Source of the DNA: Dendrobates tinctorius
Lineage: Eukaryota
NCBI RefSeq assembly: GCF_039654945.1
Contig: NW_027361678.1
Location: 5,704,001 to 5,768,000, forward strand
Length of the DNA: 64,000 nt
Direction: 5' to 3'
Each line of letters begins with the position of its first letter. The first letter of the stretch is position 1. Below, in pieces: positions 50,201-61,891 of the stretch. A program made the translations under genes and the position numbers. A model generated the notes under the pieces. That model was not told the origin of the DNA and did not search any database. It was given only the letters and a program-made list of their open reading frames with translations.

Positions 50201-52626
50201 CATCGTTACACTCGGTATCACAGGAGAGGAGCTATAAGATTTTAACAAGGTGGTACCGGTGTCCCTCTATGGTGCATTCTATGTTTCCGGTGATTCCGGA
50301 CACATGTTGGAGATGCTTACAGGATAAAGGAACATATGTTCACATATGGTGGGACTGCCCGCCTATAAATAAGTTGTGGTTGTTGATTTTTGATCTCTAC
50401 AACAGGCTATCAATATGTCAAATTCAACCTACAGTGGAACTTGCACTTTTATCTTTATGTGATATGTCGATTTCCAGGTTTAAGAAGAATCTCGTCAGGC
50501 ACTTTCTCATGGCTACTCGGAATCTGATCCCCCGGTTTTGGAAGCAAGAGAAATACCCTTCTTGCTCTGAATTTGTTGCAGAACTCAATGATATTTATAG
50601 AATGGAGTATTTGCTGATTCAAACCACAGGGAACCCTGACAGACTATATAACACTTGGGCCTCCTGGCTAGCATTCAGGGAAATCCCGGAATTAGATATC
50701 TGGCTATCGGGACCTTGATTCATAAATAGGATAGCATCAGAAATATTCTGTACACTTTAGATCTTGTTCGCTTGGTTTGACCTGTTTGTCTTTTGCTTAA
50801 AATGGCCTTCACCAACTTATTATCTCCTCCGTATGGGACGGAGGACACAAAAGTGCTCGAGGGGGGGGGGATCTTGATTACTTGACCCTCTACTTATAAC
50901 TTTCTCCTTACCTCTACTTCTCCCCTTTTTTTCCTCTCCTCCTCTCTTCCTTCCTCTCTTTCCTTTTTCTTTTCTTCCCTCTGACTTTTTAATTTTTTTT
51001 CCTGTTATTTTAATGTTGTTCATCATACCTCTATTTTAATTTTCATGAAAATACACAATACAGAGGTTGTTTTGTGTATGACAATTTTCTGGACTGAATG
51101 GTATTAATAGTTGTTATTCCAATTAGAAGACAATATCGGTGTTAAGTACGCAACAATGGAATTAATATGCCATTTGTTTTCCATTCAAGAACCAGACATG
51201 ATATTGTTGAAAGCAATGTTTTATTTTAATATTAATTCAATAAACATGATTTACACAAAACTATCCAAGATGGTTACTGTCGCTCCAGTCAGCCTGTCAC
51301 GAATTCCCCCAGGAAAAACCCTTGTGGCTGAATCCAAGAAGGGGTGAGTTTTGTCATGGGGGCCACTCATCCAAGGTGGCTGGTCACGTGGGACAAAGGA
51401 AGACACTATAATTGATCTCTCGCTACTACTGGTGGCCATCCATAAGGAGGGAGATCTATGCTTACGTGGCTGCCTCTCCAATTTGTGCCCGCAATAAGGT
51501 CCCCAGATGACTTCCTACCAGTTCGCTCCTGCCATTACCCGTACCATCTGGTCCATGGCAGCACATAGCAATGGACTTCATTACAGTTTTTCCAGTACCC
51601 GAGGGCTGTACCGTCATCTGAGTAGTCGTGGATCGTTTCTCCAAAATGGCACATTTTACCTCCTCTGCTCTTCCCTCCGCTCCTGAACTGGCTGACAGCT
51701 TCATCAAACATATTTTCCGCCTGCACGAATTTCCTCATCACATTGTGTCCGATCGAGGTTCGCAGTTCACTTCCAGATTCTGGCGAGCTCTCTGTAAACA
51801 TCTGGATATCGTCTTGGATTCCTCCTCGGCCTCTCACCCTCAGTCCAATGGGCAAGTGGAACGTGTCAACCAGGTCCTGGGCAACTACCTGCAACACTTT
51901 GTCAATGCCCACCACAATGATTGGGTGAAATAATTTCCCTGGGCTGAGTTCTCGTACAACAATCACCTTGGTATAGCCTCGGGAGAGTCTCCTATCTACA
52001 TTATGTTCGGTCGGCAACCCGAGGTTCCCCTCCCAGTGATGGTTCTTTTTAATATCCCTGCGGCAGATGTGCTCTCCAAGAATTTTGTAAAGTTGTGGGA
52101 GGACACCAAAGCCACTTTAGTAACATCCTCCACCCATATGAAGAGACATGCAGACAAAAGGCGCCGGGATCCTCCGTGTTTCCACCCTCGCAACAACGTA
52201 TGGCTCTCATCCAGGTACAGTACGTCCGGCTGAAGTATCTTCTTACAAGTTGGGTCCTCGTTTTATTGGTCCTTTCGAAGTGCTGAAGCAGATCAACGAG
52301 GTCTCCTATGAACTCAAGTTGCCTCCGTCAGTACGGATTTCGAATCCTTTCCATTTATCTCTGCTGACGCTGGTCATCCTGAGTCCCTTCTTCAAGGGTC
52401 GCAGTACCACACCCATGCCAACTGTCTTGGATGATGTTTTTGAAGTGGAAAACATCTTGGCCATGAAGAAGGTGAGAGGCAAGACCTTCTTCCTTGTTGA
52501 CTGGAAGAGATTTGGTCCTGATGAGAGGTCCTGGAAAGCTTATGCCTAAGGAAAACATCCAAGCTCCGATTCTCCTCCGGAACTTCTTCAATGGCCTGAA
52601 GATGAGGAGGTGTAAAGGGGGGTTGC
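47275..52626 (+). mobile_element. Decayed Gypsy chromovirus internal region (gag, PR, RT, RH, IN, chromodomain) carrying an L1 insertion
   Basis: [49 protein letters not shown]; PPT AAAGGGGGGTTGC. Confidence 0.9.
49829..51257 (+). mobile_element. 5'-truncated L1 LINE (ORF2 C-terminus plus 3' UTR)
   Basis: Open frame to 50718 with YKILTRWY and CWRC..GTYVHIWWDC; AATAAA at 51239; 16-bp TSD AAACTATCCAAGATGG (49813-49828 and 51258-51273). Confidence 0.93.
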
Positions 52627-52799
52627 TGTTAGCACCACGCCAGAGCCCTGCTCTGACAGGCAGGGTCTTTGGCATGTCACTTCACTCACCTGTGCTGCGG
52701 CCAGTTCTTCCCTTCCCCATGCTCTGCATGCTTCCAGCAGAGTTTCCAGCCGGACTTCTAGCCATGTCATTTGGACACGCACGCCCTTCCACCCTCATA

Positions 52800-53919
52800 A
52801 AGGGCCACTCCTTTGTTGCCCTGGCGGTGTGCTTGGGATCGTTATCATGCTGAAAGACCCATCCACGTTTCATCTTCAATGCCCTTGATGATGGAAGGAG
52901 GTTTGCACTCAAAATCTCACGATACATGGCCCCATTAATTCTTTCATGTACATGGAACAGTTGTCTTTGTCCCTATGCAGAGAAATAGCCCCAAAGCATA
53001 ACGTTGCCACACCCATGCTTCACAGTAGGTATGGTGTTCTTTGGATGCAACAGCATTCTGTCTCCTCCAAACATGACGAGTTTTGCTTCTACCAAACAGT
53101 TGTACTTTAGCTTCATCAGAACATATGACATTCTCACAGTGCTTTTCTGGATAATCCAAATGCTCTCTAGCAAACTTCAGACGCGCCTGGACATGTACTG
53201 GCTTAAACAGGGGGGCATGTGGCACTGCAGGATCTGAGTCCCTGGCGGCGTAGTGTGTTGCTGATGGTAGCCTTCATTACGGTGGTCCTAGCTCTATGCA
53301 GGTCATTCACTAGGTCCCCCGTGTGGTTCTGGGATTTTTGCTCACCGTTCTTGTAATCATTTTGACCCCATGGGGTGAGATCTTGCGTGGAACACCAGAT
53401 GGAGGGAGAGTATCAGTGGTTTTGTATGTCTTCCATTTTCTTATTATTGCTCCCACAGTTGATTTCATCACACCAAGCTGCTTGCGTATTGCAGATTCAG
53501 TCTTCCAAGGATGGTGCAGGGCTACAATTTTGTTTCTGGTGTGTTTCAACAGCTCTTTTGTCTTCACCATAGTGGAGTTTGGAGTGTGACTGTTCGAGGT
53601 TGTGGACACAATGTCTTTTATACTGATAACAAGTTAAGACCGGTGCAATTACTACAGGACAGAGTTACTTCTTAAAGAAGTTACGGGTCTGTGAGAGCCA
53701 GAAATCTTGCATGTTTTTAGGTGCCCAAATACTTATTTTCCACCATAATTTGAAAAATAAACCTTGCCAAATCCAGACAAGGTTATTTTCTGGATTTGTT
53801 TTCTCATTTTGACTCTCATAGTTGTGGTCTACCTATGATGTCAATTATAGGCCTCTCATCTTTTTAAGTGGATGAACTTGCACAATTGGTGAATGACTAA
53901 ATACTTTTTTTTCCCACTG
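52800..53919 (-). mobile_element. Tc1 transposon (one end deleted)
   Basis: [35 protein letters not shown]; TIR ...AATACTTTTTTTTCCCACTG|TA. Confidence 0.9.
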
Positions 53920-55389
53920 TATATTGCTTCCTCCCCACTGGGGAGGTGCCTGAGCAACCTTTCTGTTTAGCAGTCCATGTTGGGTAAGGTTGCATACCAG
54001 TCTGTTATGATTGGGTCACCGAGGAGGAAAGCAAGACCAGGCTAAGCCACAGAAAACCAGAGAGGTTGGTAACTAAGCGGATTGCAGACCCCTGATCCTA
54101 TCCACACAACTAGCAGTAGCTGTGGAGCGTACCTACGATGATCCTAGATGCCTCGACACAGCCGGAGAACTAAATAAGCGTAAAAAAAAAGAAAGGGGAA
54201 ATCTAAACTGCCCCAGAGCAAACATATATTGTCGGTGAGACAAGATGAAAACACAAACGCAGGTAGGAAAATAGACTGAGCAAACGATGGAGCCCACACT
54301 AACTAGACAGGACAGGAAAGGAAAGACTCTGTGTGCAATCACGCAAAAACCCTGCAAAAAATGCCCAACACATCTGATAGAAAAATACTGAAGTCACTAG
54401 ACTTCGCCCATTATATCAGCACTCTGGTATATTCTGAAAGCAGAGCAAAAAGAGGCCAATCTAATAAGGGACATAAACAAACTGGCACAAGCAGTAACAT
54501 AAGGATGGAAATTCAGCACAGCCCCAGCCGGAGCTGGCTGAACACACAAAACTGAAATAGACAAAACCAGATCAAATGTGAACAATAGCAAAAGAACACT
54601 TAGTTGAGCATGCAGGGACTGAGCTGGAAACTAAGACCTTAGGAGGCAGGAAAAAATCAGCAGGGATAGAGGGAGTCGGCTGTCTTAAATCCAGTCAGAA
54701 ACTCCATATCTCCAGTCATCCTCCTCATTATCAGGTGGCAGGCCTCAGTTAATTGGATCAGCTCCATTACTTCCAGTAACCACTAGAGGGAGCCCGGAAA
54801 GAGAACTCGCGACTAGAGTTGAGCGATACCGTCCGATACTTCAAAGTATCGTATCGGATGGTATCGGCCGATCTTTAAAAAAAGTATCGGTATCGCCGAT
54901 TCCGATACCGGAAGTCCCATTCAAGTCTATGGGACTTCCGGTATCGGAATAAGAAAAACCCTTTCCTGCCCTTGTACAGCCTCTCTGGGGTCTGTACGGG
55001 CCTTTTCGGGGGGCTGTGCCGGCCTGCCAGGCTGTCTGTGCAGGCTCCGGTGGTCTGTGCCGGCCTGCCGGTGGTCTGTGCAGGCTCCGGGGGGCTGTGC
55101 CGGCCTGCCGGGGGGCTGTGCCGGCCTGCCGGGGGGCTGTGCAGGCTCCGGGGGGCTGTGCCGGCCTGCCGGGGGGCTGTGCCGGCCTGCCGGGGGGCTG
55201 TGCCGGCCTGCCGGTGGTCTGTGCAGGCTCCGGGGGTCTGTGCAGGCATCGTCCGATGGGACTACAAGTCCCATCGGGCGATGCCTGCTACCATGACAGT
55301 GATTGACACATTAGCCAATGATGGGACAGTAGTAGTCCCATCATCCGGCTAATGTGTTAAATGTAAAAAAAAAAAAAAAAAAAAAAAAT

Positions 55390-56270
55390 TACATGCTACA
55401 TACATACAACATGCATACTACATACATGCTACATTCATACTACATACTACATACATGCTACATTCATACTACATAAATACTACATGCAACATACATACTA
55501 CATATATACTACATGCATGCTACATACATACTGCATGCTACATACATACCACATATATACTACATACATACTACATGCATGCTACATGCATGCTACATGC
55601 TACATACATAACACATATATACTACATGCATGCTACATACATACTACATGCTACATACTACATATATACTACATGCATGCTACATACTACATGCTACATA
55701 CATACTACATATATACTACATGCATGCTACATACATACTGCATGCTACATGCATGCTACATACATACTACATACATACTACATGCTACATACATACTACA
55801 TATATACTACATACATACTACATACATACTACATGCATGCTACATGCATGCTACATACATACCACATACATAACACATATATACTACATGCATGCTACAT
55901 ACATACTACATGCTACATACATACCATATACATACTACATGCATGCTACATACATACTACATGCATGCTACATACATACTACATGCTACATACATACTAC
56001 ATATATACTACATGCATGCTACATACATACTACATGCTACATACATACTACATATATACTACATGCATGCTACATACTACATACTACATATATACTACAT
56101 GCATGCTACATACATACTACATGCTACATACATACCACATACATACTACATATATACTACATGCATGCTACATACATACTGCATGCTACATGCATGCTAC
56201 ATACATACTACATACATACTACATGCTACATACATACCACATATATACTACATACATACAATACATTCAT
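55390..56270. repeat. Complex TACA/CATG satellite (left arm of the foldback)
   Basis: Mixed CATACATACTA and CATGCTA units. Confidence 0.95.
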
Positions 56271-56934
56271 ACAATACATACATAGACATACAGTACATAT
56301 AACATAGAGTAACATACTTACCAATACTTGTCACATTGTTCCCCGAAGCCATTGTCTTTTCCGGAATAAATATTAACATAACAAACCACAAAAATACTCA
56401 CCCACGATCCGAAGCAGTCCACGAGTGTGTCCCACGACGATCTTGGGTAGAGAACTGCAGCATCAGCTGTTGCTGCCGTTCTCTACGGGCTGCAGGAATC
56501 CAATGACGGAAGGTAGGTATCCTTCCGCACTGTATTCCTCCGCCACTTAAAAAAAAAAAAAGTCCCTAGTCTCACTTTATGCCATTGCTGTGTGGGAAAT
56601 TCCCACACAGCAATGGCATAAAGTGAGACTAGGGACTTTTTTTTTTTTAAGTGGCGGAGGAATACAGTGCGGAAGGATACCTACCTTCCGTCATTGGATT
56701 CCTGCAGCCCGTAGAGAACGGCAGCATCATCTGATGCTGCAGTTCTCTACCCAAGATCGTCGTGGGACACACTCGTGGACTGCTTCGGATCGTGGGTGAG
56801 TATTTTTGTGGTTTGTTATGTTAATATTTATTCCGGAAAAGACAATGGCTTCGGGGAACAATGTGACAAGTATTGGTAAGTATGTTACTCTATGTTATAT
56901 GTACTGTATGTCTATGTATGTATTGTATGAATGT

Positions 56935-57951
56935 ATTGTATGTATGTAGTATATATGTGGTATGTATGTAGCATGTAGTATGTATGTAGTATGTATGTAG
57001 CATGCATGTAGCATGTAGTATGTATGTAGCATGCATGTAGTATATATGTAGTATGTATGTAGCATGCATGTAGTATATATGTAGCATGTATGTAGTATGT
57101 ATGTGGTATGTATGTAGCATGTAGTATGTATGTAGCATGCATGTAGTATATATGTAGTATGTATGTAGCATGTAGTATGTATGTAGTATGTATGTAGTAT
57201 GTATGTGGTATGTATGTAGCATGTAGTATGTATGTAGCATGCATGTAGTATATATGTAGTATGTATGTAGCATGTAGTATGTATGTAGTATGTATGTAGT
57301 ATGTATGTAGTATGTATGTAGCATGCAGTATGTATGTAGCATGTATGTAGTATGTATGTAGTATATATGTAGTATGTATGCAGCATGTAGTATGTATGTA
57401 GCATGCATGTAGTATATATGTAGTATGTATGTAGCATGCATGTAGTATGTATGTAGTATGTATGTAGTATGTATGTAGCATGCAGTATGTATGTAGCATG
57501 TATGTAGTATGTATGTAGTATATATGTAGTATGTATGTAGCATGCATGTAGTATGTATGTAGCATGTAGTATGTATGTAGCATGCATGTAGTATGTATGT
57601 AGCATGTATGTAGTATGTATGTAGCATGTATGTAGTATGTATGTAGCATGTAGTATGTATGTAGCATGCATGTAGTATGTATGTAGTATGTATGTAGCAT
57701 GCATGTAGTATGTATGTAGTATGTATGTAGTATGTATGTAGCATGCAGTATGTATGTAGCATGTATGTAGTATGTATGTAGTATATATGTAGTATGTATG
57801 TAGCATGCATGTAGTATGTATGTAGCATGTAGTATGTATGTAGCATGCATGTAGTATGTATGTAGCATGTATGTAGTATGTATGTAGCATGTATGTAGTA
57901 TGTATGTAGCATGTAGTATGTATGTAGCATGCATGTAGTATGTATGTAGTA
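56935..57951. repeat. Complex TGTA satellite (right arm, inverted)
   Basis: Reverse complement of the left-arm units, with a different copy number. Confidence 0.95.
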
Positions 57952-58895
57952 TTTTTTTTTTTTTAACATTTAACACATTAGCCGGATGATGGGACTACTA
58001 CTGTCCCATCATTGGCTAATGTGTCAATCACTGTCATGGTAGCAGGCATCGCCCGATGGGACTTGTAGTCCCATCGGACGATGCTTGCACAGACCCCCGG
58101 ACATCAGCACAGCCCCCCGGCAGGCCGGTACAGACCCCCACAGGGTGCACAGACCACCGGCAGGCCGGCACAGCCCCCCGGCAGGCCGGTACAGACCCCG
58201 GGCAGTCCACACAGCCCCCCGGCAGGCCGGCACAGCCCGCCGGCAGAGACCCCCGGAAGGCCCGAAATGACGGCGCATCATGATGCGCACACACCGCGCA
58301 TCATGATGACGTCAGGCCGTCAATCAACTGAACTTCCGATTCCGATGCCGAATTCCGATATTGAAAAAATATCGGAAGTCGGTATCGGAATTCCGATACA
58401 GCAAGTATCGGCCGATACCCGATACTTGCGGTATCGGAATGCTCAACACTACTCGCGACCCCTCTGTCAATATAACCAGCTCCACTACCTTCACTAGTAA
58501 CCAGAGGTAGGCCATAAAGCGAATTCACAACACCAGTCCCTGCTGCACTCTGGTGCAGATCCTGCCTGCTGCACACTGGTGCAGATCCTGTCTGCTGCGC
58601 TCCAGTGCAGATCATGCCTGCTGCGCTCTGATGTAGACTTTGCTGCACTCTGATATGAACTCTGCCTACTGCACTCTGATACAAACTCTTCCTGCTGCTC
58701 CATCCAGTTGGTCCTCTGTGTCCAACTGCTGCGTGTCCGTTGGTCTGTCCTGGAGTGGCACCTGGCGTTCATTGGGAACCAAGTCTAACCTCACCATCAG
58801 AGGCTCTAATGAACAGTCAGGTGCTCACTTAGTCATGCCCCTCCAGGCTCTCCGCGGTTTGTGGCACAGTGGTTCCACAAACCACCTCTGTGACA

Positions 58896-60160
58896 CATAG
58901 CTAGTAATGGTCATGGGAATGGAAGCATAACTAGTAATGGTCAAATGGTCATGGCAATGGGAGCATATCTAGTAATAGTCATAGGAATGGGAGCATAACT
59001 AGTAATGGTCATGGGAATGGAAGCATAACTAGTAATGGTCAAATGGTCATGGCAATGGGAGCATATCTAGTAATAGTCATAGGAATGGGAGCATAACTAG
59101 TAATGGTCATGGGAATGGAAGCATAACTAGTAATGGTCAAATGGTCATGGCAATGGGAGCATATCTAGTAATAGTCATAGGAATGGGAGCATAACTAGTA
59201 ATGGTCATTGGAATGAGAGCATATCCAGTAATGTTCATAGGAATGGGATCATAGCTAGTAATGGTCATGGGAATGGGAGCATAGTTAGTAATGATCATGG
59301 GAATGAGAGCATAGCTAGTAATGGGAATGAGAGAATAACTAGTAATGGTCATGGAAATGAAAGCATAGCTAGTAATGGTCATGGGAATGGGAGCACAGCT
59401 AGTAATCATCATGGGAATAGTAGCATATCTAGTAATGGTCACGGGAATGAGGCATAGCTAGCAATGATCATGAGAATGGGAGCATAGCTAGTAATGGTCA
59501 GGGGAATGGGAGCATAGCTAGTAATGGTCATGAGAATAGGAGCATAGCTAGTAATGGTCATGGGAATAGGAGCATAACTAGTAATGGTCATGGGAATAGG
59601 AGCATAGCTAGTAATGGTCATGACAATGGGAGCATAGCTAGTAATAGTCATGGGAATGGGAGCACAGATAATGGTCATGGGAATGGGAGCATATCGAGTC
59701 ATGGGGATGGGACCATAGCTAGTAATGGTCATGGGGATGGGAGCATAGCTAGTAATGGTCATGGCAATGGGAGCATATCTAGTAATGCTCTTGGGAATGG
59801 GAGCACAGCTAGTTATGGTCATGGGAATGGTAGCATACCTAGTATTGGTCATGGCAATGGGAGCATATCTAGTAATGGTCATGGGAATGGGAGCATAGCT
59901 AGTAATTTTCATGGAAATAGGAGCATAGCTAGAAATGGTCATGGGAATGGTGGGCATGGTAATGGGGCATAGCTAGTAATTGCACTGGAATGAGAGCATA
60001 GCTAGTAATGGGCATGATAATGGGAGCATAGCTAGTAATGGTCATGGGAATGAGAGCATAGCTAGTAATGGTCATGGGAATAGGAGCATAGCTAGTAATG
60101 GTCATCGGAATTGGAGCATAGCTAGTAATGGTCATGGAAATTAGGGCATAACTAGTAACA
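58896..60160. repeat. 30-bp minisatellite (GCATAGCTAGTAATGGTCATGGGAATGGGA), ~42 copies
   Basis: Tandem copies; a 98-bp higher-order unit at the left end. Confidence 0.97.
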
Positions 60161-60325
60161 CTCCAAGTTTAAAAGGACTTAAGTCGATATATGATATAAA
60201 AGGGGAAATACAACCAAGCCTTCAGGAAAATTCAATCAATAATAATATAGCAAACCTGAGGCTAAAAAATGGATTTTTCAAATGATGCAATTTTATTGTA
60301 ATACATGAATGTCAGTCACACAGAA

Positions 60326-60362
60326 ACCCAACGTTTCGGCCAAACCGGCCTTTATCAAGGGT
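60326..60362 (-). ncRNA. Minimal hammerhead ribozyme motif of Penelope-like element type (U3-A8 variant)
   Basis: Minus strand ACCC-TTGATAA-A-GGCC-GGTTT-GGCC-GAAACGTT-GGGT, with AATAAA ~30 nt downstream. Confidence 0.65.
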
Positions 60363-60570
60363 GTTATCTAAATAAAACATAACAATACACAAAATTAACT
60401 ATTGTTCTGAAAAAATTTTTTTACAAAGTATTGACTGACACAGTATATGACAAATCAGACTATATGCATTACAGAAAGACATATTCACAGCAATGAATAA
60501 TATACTAAACAAAGTAGGTTTCATGAATCCACCATCATAAAAAAATCCCGATATTGAGTTTATACTGTAA

Positions 60571-60647
60571 GGCTGTGTGCCCACGTAGCGATTTTTAAGC
60601 GTTTTTGCCGCGATTTTCGGCGCAAAAACGTTTAAAAATTGTGTACA
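60571..60647. mobile_element. Harbinger-type MITE left arm, interrupted by the L1
   Basis: TAA|GGCTGTGTGCCCACG end followed by GCGTTTTT motifs. Confidence 0.5.
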
Positions 60648-60819
60648 GGGGGCGGGGCCTAGCTCTTCATGTGAGAAGTCGGGTGGCTGTGCTTCTCTGC
60701 CACCATTTGCCTCAATTATCCTGCACAGAGCCCGAACCAGCTAATTCCTTTACCAGGATCAGATGTCTGAAGGTCCCAGGAGTCAGGGGTGAGCTTCTGC
60801 CAGACTCAGAGAGACAGAC

Positions 60820-61891
60820 ATGGGCCGCAAAAGGCAGAAAGATGTCGGAGCCTGCAGCAGTGCCTCAGTCCAAGATGGTGCTGAGAGAGAGGAGGAGGCG
60901 GGAAGAAGAAACACAGCCTTTGCACAGAGGCTGGAAGTCTCAGCCCGGCTGAACAGGTATGTGAAGGGCATAGAGACAGATGAAGAAGGAAATGGAGGGC
61001 GTGAGAAGCACAGAGATGAGGAGGAAGACGATGAGGAGATGCCTGTGCTGAATGCAGAGCTGGAGCAGGAGGAAGAGGGGGATGGTGACACTGTGCAGTT
61101 AGCTGAAAGTGCAGATGTAGCAGAGCCCACCCTGCGGGATGTATTCCAAGCTGTCTTATACTGCAAGACTGCCTTAACTGCTCTAACAAAGCAAGTGAAT
61201 TGCTTGAAAGAAGAAATGGGAGGCATAAAAACATCTATGCAGAAAGTTACAGCCAGATTAACTGAGGTGGAGGACAGAGTTGGTGTAATAGAAGATCACT
61301 TAACCTAAGTGCAAAAGACACAACAACAGCACACTCAGAGGATCACGGTAGTAGCCAATAAAAATGATGACCTGGAAAACCGGTCACGTAGGAACAATTT
61401 GCGCATTGTGGGCATCCCTGAGAGAGCTGAGGGTGCTGACCCCACAGCCTTTATTGAAACTTGGCTGCTGGACAAGTTTGGTGCTGATAACTTGTCGAGA
61501 GTGTTTGCGGTGGAGCGTGCCCATCGCGTACCCATGAGACCCCCAGTGCCGGGAGATGGACCTCGCACGATGCTAGCCAGAATCCTGAATTGCAGAGACA
61601 GGGACACTATCTTACGAAAGGCTGCAAAGTTGACATCTTAACCTGGAGGGCAAACGAATCGAAATATACCCGGATTACTCAGCCGAGGTGCAAAAGTTGC
61701 GACTGCGGTATGGCGAAGTGAAGAAACAGCTCCGCTCTTTGCATTTGAAATACTCTACAATTTATCCTGCTAAATTAAGAGTGGAAGCTTTTGGAAAGGT
61801 CATTTTTTTCCCGTCACCGGTTGAGGCTGCTTCGTGGTTGGAGCGCAACCGGAGCAAATTGAGAGAAGATAATGGCAATATGTCCACATGA
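60820..61891 (+). pseudogene. L1 ORF1p (coiled coil, RRM, CTD); stop at 61306 and frameshift near 61640
   Basis: DLENRSRRNNLRIVGIPE, VERAHRV, YPAKLRV. Confidence 0.92.

Larger units (their letters stand above)
54814..58451. mobile_element. 3.6-kb non-autonomous hAT-type foldback element
   Basis: TIRs TAGAGTTGAGC / GCTCAACACTA, perfect 8-bp TSD CTCGCGAC, subterminal CCGATAC arrays, mirror symmetry centred at 56599. Confidence 0.92.
54003..58532 (-). repeat. Solo LTR of Gypsy family A, split by the foldback element
   Basis: TGTTATGA...CACAACA termini, 6-bp TSD CCAGTC; homologous to the LTRs at 1917, 7582 and 12638. Confidence 0.92.
52627..58895 (+). repeat. 3' LTR of the 47275 Gypsy, broken into 52627-~52800, 53922-54002 and 58533-58895 by nested insertions
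   Basis: TGTTAG after the PPT, GTGACA end; flanks rejoin across the CCAGTC TSD. Confidence 0.7.

Noticed and set aside
49765-50718. 317-aa ORF as a host gene
   Set aside because: L1 ORF2 C-terminus bounded by a TSD; the first ~21 codons come from the flanking Gypsy
54875-55352. Pro/Gly/Ala-rich ORFs on both strands
   Set aside because: GC-rich ~21-bp repeats of the foldback arm
55455-57976. Long ORFs of 225-359 aa (MLHTYY/HATYIL repeats)
   Set aside because: Translations of a TACA satellite that lacks stops in all frames of one strand; mirrored on both arms; not genes
59137-60135. MTITSYAPIP repeat ORFs (mucin-like)
   Set aside because: 30-bp minisatellite with frameshifts and stops; no splice or other gene context
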